Under the pieces are notes generated by a model. That model ran no database searches and was not told the DNA's origin. It worked only from the letters and a program-made list of their open reading frames with translations. From an uncultured Actinomycetota bacterium (GTDB lineage Bacteria; Actinomycetota; Actinomycetes; JAHEKZ01), in contig CAWKCE010000005.1 of assembly GCA_963848085.1 (NCBI GenBank), positions 146,282 through 210,281 of the forward strand: a DNA stretch of 64,000 bases, given 5' to 3'. Both the position numbers and the translations under genes were made by a program. Shown here in pieces: positions 35,617 through 44,529 of the stretch (positions within the stretch are counted from its first letter, which is position 1; each line of letters starts with the position of its first letter).

Positions 35617-35710
35617 CGCCGAGTGCGCACTCGCCGGACACCTTTCGTCGCCGAGTGTGCACCCGCAGGACACCTTTCGTCGCCGAGTGCACCGTGGCAG
35701 AGTGCGACCC
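35617..35710. repeat. three copies of a CGCCGAGTG(C/T)GCAC motif including the perfect palindrome CGAGTGCGCACTCG and direct repeat GGACACCTTTCGTCGCCGAGTG x2
   Basis: Seen directly in the convergent intergenic region between the aminotransferase and dsrE-like gene; same palindrome as at 4519-4605. Confidence 0.65.
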
Positions 35711-35798
35711 CGGTCGCAGGGCTCCCCCACGGAGGGCGACCGGGGCCGCGGCCCGCCCACCGGCTGCCAGTCGTCAGCCGCTGGACGGAGCTTGCGGG

Positions 35799-36329
35799 CT
35801 AGATGAACAGCAGCTGGGCGCCGTCGGTCATCTCGATGAAGTCCGAGGCGTTGATGATCGCCTCGACTCCGTCGTAGAGGTCCTCCTCGGTCAGCTTGTT
35901 CATGTCCGCGGACATCCGGCAGGCCCACAGGTGGCCGCCGGACGCCACGATCTGCTCGAGGAAGTCAGGAACCTCGGGAATCCCGAGGTCGACGAGCTGC
36001 TGCTTCATCATCTTGGTCGCCATGGCCTGCATGCCGGGGACGGGCGCGAGCGCCTGCGGCACCCGGACATCACCGATGGGCATGTGCATGGCGGTGTTGC
36101 CGACCGGGCTGAACTTCAGGTCGTGCATCCGGGACTTGGTGATCATGTCGAAGCCCCAGAACGTGAAGAACAGGTGCGTCTCAATGCCCTCGCCGAGAGC
36201 GGCGTTGCCCAGCACGAGTGCCGGGTAGGCCATGTCGAGGTTGCCCTTGCTGCAGATGATGGCGAGCTTGCGGTCGGTCTCCTCGTCGTCAAACGAGGGG
36301 ATCAGGGGGGTGTCGGTCTGCGTGGTCAT
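35799..36329 (-). CDS. DsrE/DsrF-like sulfur-relay family protein
   Basis: Small protein matching the DsrE/DsrF fold family; clustered with tusE/dsrC-like, DUF1641 and sqr. Confidence 0.65.
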   Translation of the reverse strand: MTTQTDTPLIPSFDDEETDRKLAIICSKGNLDMAYPALVLGNAALGEGIETHLFFTFWGFDMITKSRMHDLKFSPVGNTAMHMPIGDVRVPQALAPVPGMQAMATKMMKQQLVDLGIPEVPDFLEQIVASGGHLWACRMSADMNKLTEEDLYDGVEAIINASDFIEMTDGAQLLFI

Positions 36330-36357
36330 CGTGTCTTCTCCTCAGGATTGGTCGCGC

Positions 36358-36672
36358 TCACACGCAGCCGTGGGGCTTCGGGACACCCGCGATGTACGAC
36401 ATCTTCTTTGCGGGCTTCTTGGGGAACAGGGTGAACAGCTTCTTGGTGTCGACCCCGCCGGCGGTAGAGACCCGGCGAATGGTGGGCGTCTCGCCCTGCG
36501 CCTGGTAGTCCTCCCGGACGAACTTGATGACCTTCCAGTGGTCATCGGTCAGGTCGATGGCGATGTTTGCGGCGAGGACCTTCGCCAGGTCCTCATCCCA
36601 CTCGGCGTACTCGGTCATGAAGCCCTCGTCGTCGACGTGGATGTCGCGGCCGTTGATCGTGGTGACTGGCAT
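36358..36672 (-). CDS. TusE/DsrC-family sulfur-transfer protein (true start internal to 306-aa ORF)
   Basis: C-terminus ...YIAGVPKPHGCV matches the DsrC/TusE conserved C-terminal Cys motif; 104 aa. Confidence 0.7.
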   Translation of the reverse strand: MPVTTINGRDIHVDDEGFMTEYAEWDEDLAKVLAANIAIDLTDDHWKVIKFVREDYQAQGETPTIRRVSTAGGVDTKKLFTLFPKKPAKKMSYIAGVPKPHGCV

Positions 36673-36677
36673 CGTGC

Positions 36678-37388
36678 TTACCTTCCTTCGTGGGGTGAGT
36701 GCGAGTCGGCAGGCTTGTCCTCGCCGACCGAGCGAAGCATGGTCAGTGCGCGGCCGAGGCCGCGGCGGGTCTGCGGGTCGCGCATCTGCTTGAACAGCGC
36801 CAGCAGCGACGGCGGTTCGACGTGTTCGTCCTCGACCTCCTGCACGGTGACGGCGGTGCGCTGCAGGAGAGTCATGACCTCCGGCTGCGTCATCTCTTTG
36901 ACCGTGTTGAGGATCAAGACGACGTTGTCGCCGAGCGCCTCGACGTCCTCCTCCGTGAACGACGTCACGACGCGGTCGACAATCCCGGCGCCGCTGCGGG
37001 CGAACGCGAAGTAGCCCTTGTCGTCGAAGTCCTGGAGCGTGGCGGTGAGCGTGGCCATGGCCGGCGTCGCCAGCGGGATGACCTCGCTGCTCAGGTCGCT
37101 GAGCGACTGGAGCTGGGCGAGAAGGGCTTCCATCGTCGGGAGGGCACGCGCCATCGTGCGTCCGAAGCGGGCCAGGTCCTCGACGGTGACGTCGTCGCTG
37201 AGGTCCTCGAGCTCGCGGCTCACCGCAGCGAACGCCTCCGACGTGACCGGAGCCATGTCCTGCACGAGCTCCCCCCACCGCTCGCGCTGCTCGCGCTCGC
37301 GACGAAGCTCGTCCGCCATGACCTGAATCTGGGCGGTGAGGATGTCGAGCCGCTCGTCGGTCGTCACCGAAGTCGTGACGGTGGTCAT
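36678..37388 (-). CDS. DUF1641 domain protein (commonly paired with sulfide:quinone oxidoreductase)
   Basis: Glu/Leu-rich alpha-helical protein; gene context with sqr. Confidence 0.6.
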   Translation of the reverse strand: MTTVTTSVTTDERLDILTAQIQVMADELRREREQRERWGELVQDMAPVTSEAFAAVSRELEDLSDDVTVEDLARFGRTMARALPTMEALLAQLQSLSDLSSEVIPLATPAMATLTATLQDFDDKGYFAFARSGAGIVDRVVTSFTEEDVEALGDNVVLILNTVKEMTQPEVMTLLQRTAVTVQEVEDEHVEPPSLLALFKQMRDPQTRRGLGRALTMLRSVGEDKPADSHSPHEGR

Positions 37389-38632
37389 GACTCCGTGTCC
37401 TCGGGAATCTCTTTGCCGGCCATGGACATCAGGGCCGGAAGCGGAAGCTCCTTGCCCGGGAGCAGCACGTTCCAGTAGATCCAGCGGAACATGAGCTTGC
37501 CCCAGTGGTTGAGCTCGGTCTCCTTGAGCAGGCTGAATGGACCGATGCCCGGGAGCGGGTACTTGCCAGGCATGGGCTCGGTGTCGTAGTTGAAGTCGAT
37601 GAGCATGCCCTTGCCGTCGCCAGACTCGATGAAGCAGTTGGCGTGGCCGTCGAACCTCTGATCCATCGCCAGTCCGTCGATGTGACGCACGAAGTTGTGG
37701 GCGAAGATGTCGACGGCGAAGTGGGCGACCGAACCCGCCTTGGAGGCCGGGATGTTCGACGCGTCCCCGATGGCGAAGATGTTGTCGTGCTGGGTCGACA
37801 GGAAGGTCTCCTTGTCCACCTTGACGTAGTTGAGATCGTCGCCCAGGCCGGACCGGGCGACGAAGTCGGCGCCCATGTTGAGCGGGATGGTCACCAGGAG
37901 GTCGAACGGGACCTCGCGCTCGTCGTATGAGACGACGGTCTTCGCCTCAGGGTCGATGCGCTCAACCATGAAGTCGGACTCGAGCTCGACCTTGCGCTCA
38001 TCGAGCATCCCGCCGAGGTACCGGGACGCGATCGGCTTGGTGAACGCACCCGGGAGGGGGGTGACGTACACGATCTCCACCTGGTCGCGGATCCCGTGCT
38101 CACGGAAGAAGGAGTCGGCGAGGAACGTGAACTCCAGCGGAGCTACCGGGCACTTGATGGGCATGTCGACGATGTGGACGACCAGCCGGCCGCCCTCCCA
38201 CGTCTTCAGCTTCTCGCCGAGCGCGGTGGCACCCTCGAACGTGTAGAACTCGTGGATGCTCTTGCCCCACTCGCCCTCGTCCATGCCAGGAGTCTCGGCC
38301 GGCCGCGGCGTGGTCCCGCTGGCGATCACCAGCTGGTCATACAAGAGCTCTGTGCCGTCGGCCAGGACGACCTTGTTCTCGTCAGCGACGACACGGTCGA
38401 TCTCGCCGTGCAGGAGGTCGACGCCCTCGGGGATGAACCGCTTGGTGGGCTTGACCACCTCATCCGGCCGGTAGGCGCCGAACGGGATGAACAGATAGCC
38501 CGGCTGGTAGTAGTGGACGTCGCGCTGGTCGACCACGGTGATCTGCCACTCGTCGCGTGGCAGCCGGGGACGCAGCTTGTTGACGACCATGGTGCCGGCG
38601 GTTCCGCCGCCGAGTACGAGCAGGCGCTTCAT
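37385..38632 (-). CDS. sqr: sulfide:quinone oxidoreductase / FAD-dependent pyridine nucleotide-disulfide oxidoreductase
   Basis: MKRLLVLGGGTAGTMVVNKL Rossmann motif and SQR-like sequence; true start is Met71 of the ORF-track entry. Confidence 0.8.
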   Translation of the reverse strand: MKRLLVLGGGTAGTMVVNKLRPRLPRDEWQITVVDQRDVHYYQPGYLFIPFGAYRPDEVVKPTKRFIPEGVDLLHGEIDRVVADENKVVLADGTELLYDQLVIASGTTPRPAETPGMDEGEWGKSIHEFYTFEGATALGEKLKTWEGGRLVVHIVDMPIKCPVAPLEFTFLADSFFREHGIRDQVEIVYVTPLPGAFTKPIASRYLGGMLDERKVELESDFMVERIDPEAKTVVSYDEREVPFDLLVTIPLNMGADFVARSGLGDDLNYVKVDKETFLSTQHDNIFAIGDASNIPASKAGSVAHFAVDIFAHNFVRHIDGLAMDQRFDGHANCFIESGDGKGMLIDFNYDTEPMPGKYPLPGIGPFSLLKETELNHWGKLMFRWIYWNVLLPGKELPLPALMSMAGKEIPEDTES

Positions 38633-38811
38633 GCAGCCCTCCCAGTCGCTGTGCTCCCACCAGGACCGGAATCCGTGGGGGATGTCCTGGGGACCACAGT
38701 AGGTGCTCCACCGTATACCCCCCAGGGCATCTGGTCCTCGCTCCCCCGGGCCTTTGGTCCCCTCTCCGGTCCGGCGCCCCCCGGCGCGCCCGCCTGGCAA
38801 GATCTCCAGCC

Positions 38812-39855
38812 GTGACGCCCACCGGTCGGGACCTTCAGACACTGCCCAAGTCCCACCTGCACCTGCACTTCACCGGCGCCATGCGTCACCGCACGCTGAT
38901 TGAGCTGGCGCAGGCGCACGGTGTCCACCTTCCGGAGCCGCTCCGGTTGGAGCGGCTCCCACACCTTCACGCCACCGACGAGCGCGGCTGGTTCCGATTC
39001 CAGCGGCTGTACGACGTCGCCAGGTCCGTGCTGCGGGAGCCGGCTGACCTGCGTCGGCTGGTCCACGAGGTGGCTGAGGACGAGGTGGCCGACGGGTCGC
39101 GCTGGCTCGAGATCCAGATCGACCCCTCTGGTTACGCCGCCCAGTTCGACGGGCTGACGGCGACCCTGGAGATCGTGCTGGACGCCGCGCGAACGGCCAG
39201 TCTGGCCTCCGGCGTCGGTATCGGGGTGATCGTCGGGGCCAACCGGACGCGTCACCCGTTGGACGCCCGGACGCTCGCCCGGCTGGCCGCCCGATACGTG
39301 GACGACGGCGTCGTCGGCTTCGGCCTGGCCAACGACGAGCGGCACGGCCCCCCCGAGGACTTCGCCCGGGCCTTCCGGATCGCCCGCGAGGCCGGCCTGG
39401 CCTCCGTACCGCACGCCGGCGAGCTCGCCGGCGCCCCCAGCGTGCGCTCCGCCTTGGCGTCGCTGGCCGCGACGCGCATTGGACACGGCGTCCGCAGCGT
39501 CGAGGACCCGGAGGTCGTCGCGGAGCTGGCGTCGCACGGCGTGACGCTGGAGGTGTGCCCGGGGTCGAACATCGGGATGGGCGTCTACGAGCAGGCGGCG
39601 GACGTACCGCTCCGTCAGCTGTTCGACGCGGGGGTGCCGATCGCCTTGGGCGCGGACGACCCGCTGCTGTTCGGCTCCCGACTCGTCGACCAGTACCGCG
39701 TGGCGCGAGACGTGCACGGCTTCGACGACGCCGAGCTGGCCGAGCTGGCGCGGATGTCGGTCCGTGGCTCGATGGCCCCCGCCCCACTCCAAGACCAGCT
39801 TCTCGCCGACATCGACGCCTGGCTCACCACCCCCGCCGCCCCCACCACCCCTTAG
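38812..39855 (+). CDS. add: adenosine deaminase
   Basis: PKSHLHLHFTGAM matches the PKxELHxHLDG signature; metal-binding His/Asp later. Confidence 0.85.
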   Translation: MTPTGRDLQTLPKSHLHLHFTGAMRHRTLIELAQAHGVHLPEPLRLERLPHLHATDERGWFRFQRLYDVARSVLREPADLRRLVHEVAEDEVADGSRWLEIQIDPSGYAAQFDGLTATLEIVLDAARTASLASGVGIGVIVGANRTRHPLDARTLARLAARYVDDGVVGFGLANDERHGPPEDFARAFRIAREAGLASVPHAGELAGAPSVRSALASLAATRIGHGVRSVEDPEVVAELASHGVTLEVCPGSNIGMGVYEQAADVPLRQLFDAGVPIALGADDPLLFGSRLVDQYRVARDVHGFDDAELAELARMSVRGSMAPAPLQDQLLADIDAWLTTPAAPTTP

Positions 39856-39980
39856 GCGCATTGACGCACTGCACCGCCTCTAGCGGCGAAACAACGCACA
39901 CTGCGGCACGCCTCCCCCGGCGCTGATCGTCATCGTGCGGGGAAACGCCGCTAGGTCCGGGGCAGTGCGTCAATGTGCCG
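39855..39980. ncRNA. candidate structured element: nested inverted repeats (outer 16 bp GCATTGACGCACTGC/GCAGTGCGTCAATG, inner 9 bp CTAGCGGCG/CGCCGCTAG) around a ~55-nt loop
   Basis: Seen directly in the add-murB convergent spacer; no known family assigned. Confidence 0.3.
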
Positions 39981-40016
39981 GGGAGGGGGTGGTGAGGCTC
40001 GGCGCCGGGGAGGGCG

Positions 40017-40087
40017 GTCAGAGCTGGGAGGGGGTGGGGGTCAGAGCTGGGAGGGGGTGGGGGTCAGAGCGGGGGGAGGAGGGTGGG
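40017..40087. repeat. G-rich tandem repeat (23-mer GTCAGAGCTGGGAGGGGGTGGGG x ~2.5) with G-quadruplex potential
   Basis: Direct tandem repetition; GGGG tracts on + strand; overlaps murB stop region. Confidence 0.6.
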
Positions 40088-41110
40088 TTCGGGGGTCAGG
40101 TGGATGGCGAAGTGGGCGTGGACCGCCGCCTGGACGGCCTGCGCCAGGGTGACGACGTCCGACGTCGTCGCGCCGCCCCGGTTGGTCACGGCCAGCGGGT
40201 GCTTGGTCGACAACGTGGCCCGACCCCCCGTCAGCCCGCCGCCCCAGCCCCGTCCCATCCCGGACCGCTCGATCAGCCACGCCGCCGAGGTCTTGACCCG
40301 CCCGTCATCCTGCCCCCAGCGAGGCGCCTCTGCGGGCAGCAGGTCCGCGGCGGCGGCTGACAGCACCGGGTTGGTGAAGAACGAGCCGGCGCTCCACGTG
40401 TCGTGGTCGGCCGGGTCCAGCACCATCCCCTTCGACCGGCGGAGCTCGAGAACCGCCTCCCGCACGGCCGGCAGCGGAGCCGACGCACCCTGTTCGACGC
40501 CGAGCACCCGGGCCAGCTCGGCGTAGCGAATCGGCGTGCCCGCCGCTGCCGTCCGCAGCCGCAGCTCGACCGACACCACGACGAACCGGTCCGGTTCCTG
40601 CTTGAACCGGCTGGTGCGGTAGCCGAACCCGCACGTGTCGGCCGGCAGCGTGACCCGCAGGCCGCTGCCGCGGTCCAGAGCGTCGACCGACACCATCGTG
40701 TCGGCCACCTCCTGGCCGTAGGCGCCGACGTTCTGGATCGGCGTCGCCCCGACGAGCCCCGGGATCCCCGACAGCGCCTCGATGCCCGCCCAGCCCTCGC
40801 CGACCGCCCGCGACACGACGGCGTCCCACGTCTCGCCCGCAGCCAGCCGGAGCCGTACCTCACCGTCGGCGGACGCCGCCACGTCAACGCCCCGCCAGGC
40901 CACCCGGAGCACCGTCCCCGGGAAGCCGGCGTCCCCGACGACGAGGTTCGACCCGCCCCCGAGAACGAGTACCGGCTCCCCGTCAGCGGCCGCCTCGGCC
41001 AGCAGCGCCGTCAGCTCCGCCGGCTCGGTCACGTCCACCAGACGCCGGGCCGGCCCGCCGACGCGCAGGGTGGTCAGGTCTGCGAGCGGAACCTCGCGAC
41101 GTTCAGTCAC
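40064..41110 (-). CDS. murB: UDP-N-acetylenolpyruvoylglucosamine reductase; start approximate (GTG near 41110); 493-aa ORF-track entry over-extended
   Basis: FAD-binding domain LTTLRVGGPARRLVDVTEPAELTALL...VLVLGGGSNLVV and MurB C-terminal domain. Confidence 0.8.
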   Translation of the reverse strand: MTERREVPLADLTTLRVGGPARRLVDVTEPAELTALLAEAAADGEPVLVLGGGSNLVVGDAGFPGTVLRVAWRGVDVAASADGEVRLRLAAGETWDAVVSRAVGEGWAGIEALSGIPGLVGATPIQNVGAYGQEVADTMVSVDALDRGSGLRVTLPADTCGFGYRTSRFKQEPDRFVVVSVELRLRTAAAGTPIRYAELARVLGVEQGASAPLPAVREAVLELRRSKGMVLDPADHDTWSAGSFFTNPVLSAAAADLLPAEAPRWGQDDGRVKTSAAWLIERSGMGRGWGGGLTGGRATLSTKHPLAVTNRGGATTSDVVTLAQAVQAAVHAHFAIHLTPEPTLLPPL

Positions 41111-41120
41111 CTCCCGCGCC

Positions 41121-42062
41121 CTAGGTCCGCGGGGCGAGCAGCTCGTCGTGGCCACGGAACCGCTGCAGCAGCCGGTCGTAGGTCCGGCGCGACTCCCGGT
41201 CCCGGTAGGTCGGGTCCGAGTCGTGGTACCCGCGGTGCCGTTCCTGGTGGACCGGCAGCTCCCCGGCCGGCACGACGAGCCGCCCGCCAGCCTCGCGCAG
41301 CGCGAGCGACAGCTCCATGTCCGCGTTGCGGTAGAAGCGCGCCTTGGGGTGGGGGCCGCCGACCGCGAGCAGCGCGTCCCGCCGCACCGCCATGAGGTAG
41401 CCGAGCAGCGCATCCACCTCCCCGGTGCCGGCATCCACGAAGGACCGCCAGTTGTCGTCCAGGTCCACGTTGGTGCCGCGCCACCCGGCGGCGACGACCC
41501 CGGGCTCGGCCAGCGCCTCGAGCAGCGGTGTGACGGCGTCGCCATCGAGCACGCTGGACGGGTCCATGAGGACGTGGGTCGCCGCAGTGTCCAGCCGCAT
41601 CAACGCCTGGCGCGCCGGCCCCCAGCCAGCCTGCTGGGGGGTAGCGGCCACGTGCCACTCCTCGACCCGTCCCGGGTGCTCAGTTGCCAGGTCGTGCAGC
41701 GCCCGCCCCGCCCCGTCGACGTCACCCAGGTCCAGCCCGATCACGACGACGTCGGGCGGCGCGTGGGCCAGGAGCGCCGCCACGCACCGCACCAGGTCCT
41801 CCGGCCAGCCCTCGACGAGCAGCCCGACCGAGCAGCGACGCGTGTCCGGCTCGGCTGACCGGTCCGGCAGGTCGGCCAGCCCCCGGAGCACGTCGAACGG
41901 CGGCCGCGGAGCCAATGTGTAGCCGTCCGGCACGTCGGCCACGACCCAGCCGAGGTTCGCGATCTCGTCCCGGAGCACGTCGGCGGAGGCGAAGTCGCGC
42001 GCCGCCCTCGCTTCGGACCGACGGTCCGCCAGCTCCACGACCTCGCTCGGGGGTTCCGTCAC
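41121..42062 (-). CDS. hypothetical protein, possibly glycosyltransferase family 2-like
   Basis: ORF with weak GT-A-like features (LMDPSS..D); no confident family. Confidence 0.35.
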   Translation of the reverse strand: MTEPPSEVVELADRRSEARAARDFASADVLRDEIANLGWVVADVPDGYTLAPRPPFDVLRGLADLPDRSAEPDTRRCSVGLLVEGWPEDLVRCVAALLAHAPPDVVVIGLDLGDVDGAGRALHDLATEHPGRVEEWHVAATPQQAGWGPARQALMRLDTAATHVLMDPSSVLDGDAVTPLLEALAEPGVVAAGWRGTNVDLDDNWRSFVDAGTGEVDALLGYLMAVRRDALLAVGGPHPKARFYRNADMELSLALREAGGRLVVPAGELPVHQERHRGYHDSDPTYRDRESRRTYDRLLQRFRGHDELLAPRT

Positions 42063-42487
42063 GACAGCTGCACCAGCACCCGCGCCATCCCCAGCACCTT
42101 GTCGCCGGCGCAGGTGGCTGTCAGCTCCACCCGGGCCCGCCGGTCGTCCAGCAGCTCGGTGACCTTCGCGGACACGTCCAGCAGGGCCCCGACGGCGTCG
42201 TCGGGAACCGGCACCGGCCGGGTGAACCGCACGCTGTACTCCAGGACGGCGGCCGGGTCCGCGACCCAGTCGGTGACCACGCGGGCAGCCATCGCCATCG
42301 TGAGCATCCCGTGGGCGATGACGTCGGGCAGGCCGACCGACTGCGCGACCCGCTGGTTCCAGTGGATGACGTTGAAGTCGCCGGACGCGCCCGCGTACCG
42401 GACGAGGTCAGCGCGGGTGACCGGGAAGGACGCCGGGGGGAGCTCGGTACCCACAGCGACGTCGGCGTGCGCTACGGCAGCGGCCAC
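42059..42487 (-). CDS. MaoC-like (R)-specific enoyl-CoA hydratase/dehydratase (HadB-like)
   Basis: Hot-dog fold motif; paired MaoC genes downstream of rpmG as in other actinobacteria. Confidence 0.7.
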   Translation of the reverse strand: MAAAVAHADVAVGTELPPASFPVTRADLVRYAGASGDFNVIHWNQRVAQSVGLPDVIAHGMLTMAMAARVVTDWVADPAAVLEYSVRFTRPVPVPDDAVGALLDVSAKVTELLDDRRARVELTATCAGDKVLGMARVLVQLS

Positions 42488-42490
42488 CGG

Positions 42491-42943
42491 TCAGCCCTCC
42501 GACTCGACGGCACGGGCGACCAGCGTGGCGCGCACGGTGGCCACGGGCTCGCCGTCGGCCCCGGAGACGTCCGACCGGATGGCGAGAATGTCGTTGCCGG
42601 CGACCGTGCGGGCCGAGTCGACCGTGGCAACCACACTGAGCATGTCCCCGGCCGTGATGGGCCGGTGCAGCAGGAACTTCTGGTCGCCGTGCACCACGCG
42701 GGAGAAGTCCAGCCCCAGCTCAGGGTCGTCGATCACCGCCTTCTGCGGCTCCCGGGTGACGACCACGGCGAACGTCGGCGGCGCCACCACGTCGGCATGG
42801 CCGAGGGCGCGGGCGGCTTGGGCGTCGCGGTAGGCCGGGTTGGGGTCGCCGATCGCGTCGGCAAACTCGCGGATCTTCTCCCGCCCCACCTCGTATGTGG
42901 CCGGGGGGTAGGCGGCGCCCACCTTCTCCAGGTTCAGTGCCAT
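42491..42943 (-). CDS. MaoC-like dehydratase subunit (HadA-like)
   Basis: Hot-dog fold; adjacent to partner. Confidence 0.65.
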   Translation of the reverse strand: MALNLEKVGAAYPPATYEVGREKIREFADAIGDPNPAYRDAQAARALGHADVVAPPTFAVVVTREPQKAVIDDPELGLDFSRVVHGDQKFLLHRPITAGDMLSVVATVDSARTVAGNDILAIRSDVSGADGEPVATVRATLVARAVESEG

Positions 42944-43756
42944 CTACCCCATCCCTCCGAACTGGCCGCCGGTGACCGGGATGGTCACCCCGGAGACGAA
43001 GTCGCTGTCGGGCGAGGCGAGGAACGCGTGCACGTTGGCGACATCCTCCGGCTGGCCGAACCGCCCCAGCGCGATCATCCCGCGGATTGACCGACGGATC
43101 TCCTCGGGGATGCCGAGCGGGTCGGTCTCGGACTTGGGGGCGGTCAGCCGCGTCTCCACGAAGCCTGGGGCCACGGCGTTCACGTTGATGCCGAACGGTC
43201 CCAGCTCCTGTGCCAGGGTCTTGGTCAGCGCGATCAGCGCACCCTTGGCGGCGGTGTAGTTCGCCTGCCCCGGGTTGCCGGTCAGCGCGGCGACCGACGC
43301 GGTGAAGATGACCTTCCGGTGGTGGGAGGGGGCACCGTCGCGCTCGATCTCGGCCTTGGCGACGTCGCGCAGGAAGGGCAGCGCTGCCTGGGTGGTGTTC
43401 CACGCGGTCCGCAGGTTGGCGTCCAGCACGGATTCGAGGCCGGCCAGGTCCATCCGGTGGAACATCCGGTCGCGGGTGGTCCCGGCGTTGTTGACCACGA
43501 TGTCCAGCCGCCCGAAGTGCTCAATGGCGGTGGCCACGAGGGCCCCGGCGACCGATGGATCCGACGTCGAGCCGACGTGGGTAGCCGCGCGCCCTCCTGC
43601 CTCGGCGACCGCGGCGGCAGTCTCCGCGAGCGGCTCCGGGTCAAGGTCGTTCAGCGCGAGCAGGGCACCATCCGCGGCCAGCCGCCGGGCGGTGGCGCGC
43701 CCGATCCCCCGACCCGCGCCGGTGACCAGTGCAACCCGTCCGTCCAGGACGCCCAT
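42944..43756 (-). CDS. short-chain dehydrogenase/reductase (3-oxoacyl-ACP reductase-like)
   Basis: VTGAGRGIGRA cofactor motif, YxxxK. Confidence 0.8.
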   Translation of the reverse strand: MGVLDGRVALVTGAGRGIGRATARRLAADGALLALNDLDPEPLAETAAAVAEAGGRAATHVGSTSDPSVAGALVATAIEHFGRLDIVVNNAGTTRDRMFHRMDLAGLESVLDANLRTAWNTTQAALPFLRDVAKAEIERDGAPSHHRKVIFTASVAALTGNPGQANYTAAKGALIALTKTLAQELGPFGINVNAVAPGFVETRLTAPKSETDPLGIPEEIRRSIRGMIALGRFGQPEDVANVHAFLASPDSDFVSGVTIPVTGGQFGGMG

Positions 43757-43811
43757 GAACCGCCCTTCGTCGCTCGGAACCGCCGACCGCGCTCACGCGC
43801 GACCGGCTGGG

Positions 43812-43976
43812 TCAGCGGGTCTCGCGGTGCTCGGTGTGCTTGCCGCAGTTCGGGCAGAACTTCTGCAGCGCGATCCGGTCGGGGTCGTTGCGGCGGTTCT
43901 TGCGCGTGATGTAGTTGCGGTGCTTGCAGTCAGCGCACGCCATGGTGATCTTCGGGCGAACGTCGTTCTTGGCCAC
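43812..43976 (-). CDS. rpmG: 50S ribosomal protein L33 (GTG start)
   Basis: Hand translation (V)[53 protein letters not shown]. Confidence 0.9.
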   Translation of the reverse strand: MAKNDVRPKITMACADCKHRNYITRKNRRNDPDRIALQKFCPNCGKHTEHRETR

Positions 43977-44041
43977 CGGGTGCTCCCTGCTCGTTGGTAC
44001 TGCTGGTCGTTACTGCGGGTCGTTCTGGTCGGACGTCGAGG

Positions 44042-44118
44042 TGGTAGCGGAGGCCGGATTTGAACCGGCGACACAGCGATTATGAGCCGCTTGCTCTGCC
44101 AGGCTGAGCTACTCCGCC
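44042..44118 (-). tRNA. tRNA-Met (anticodon CAT; elongator or Ile2-lysidine type), CCA encoded
   Basis: GGCGGAGTAGCTCAGCCTGGCAGAGCAAGCGGCTCATAATCGCTGTGTCGCCGGTTCAAATCCGGCCTCCGCTACCA. Confidence 0.85.
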
Positions 44119-44171
44119 TGCCGAACCGGGCTCCGACCGCCTCGACGACGGCCGGGGACACCGGCCCCCAG

Positions 44172-44244
44172 AGCCCCAATACGGAATCGAACCGTAGACC
44201 TTCTCCTTACCATGGAGACGCTCTGCCGTCTGAGCTATTGGGGC
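44172..44244 (-). tRNA. tRNA-Thr (anticodon GGT)
   Basis: GCCCCAATAGCTCAGACGGCAGAGCGTCTCCATGGTAAGGAGAAGGTCTACGGTTCGATTCCGTATTGGGGCT. Confidence 0.85.
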
Positions 44245-44376
44245 GCGCTCGTGACAAGCCCCGCAAGGGTACACAGCAGGCATCCGGACCAGGTAATCGG
44301 TCGGCTGGGGCGGAGCCCCTGCCGTCTGCGGCCGGAACGCGCCGGACCCCCGGCACCAGGCCGGGGGTCCGAGGGG

Positions 44377-44458
44377 TGGCAGGTGTTGGATTCGAACCAA
44401 CGTAGGCTGAGCCGACGGATTTACAGTCCGCTCCCTTTGGCCACTCGGGCAACCTGCC
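44377..44458 (-). tRNA. tRNA-Tyr (anticodon GTA) with long variable arm
   Basis: GGCAGGTTGCCCGAGTGGCCAAAGGGAGCGGACTGTAAATCCGTCGGCTCAGCCTACGTTGGTTCGAATCCAACACCTGCCA. Confidence 0.85.
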
Positions 44459-44529
44459 TGGATTGCCATGACGGCGGTTGGCAGGATAGCGCAGCGCAAC
44501 TGCCCCCAGCCCCCCACCCGGAGGACCTC

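Noticed and set aside
36358-37278. 306-aa ORF overlapping DUF1641 gene
   Set aside because: Only the last 104 aa (the tusE/dsrC-like gene with ATG and C-terminal Cys tail) are credible. The remainder is the alternative frame of the DUF1641 gene.
40064-41545. 493-aa ORF as a single large protein
   Set aside because: Upstream third lies in another gene's 3' region and has no homology. MurB similarity begins near residue ~145, so murB was trimmed to a GTG near 41110.
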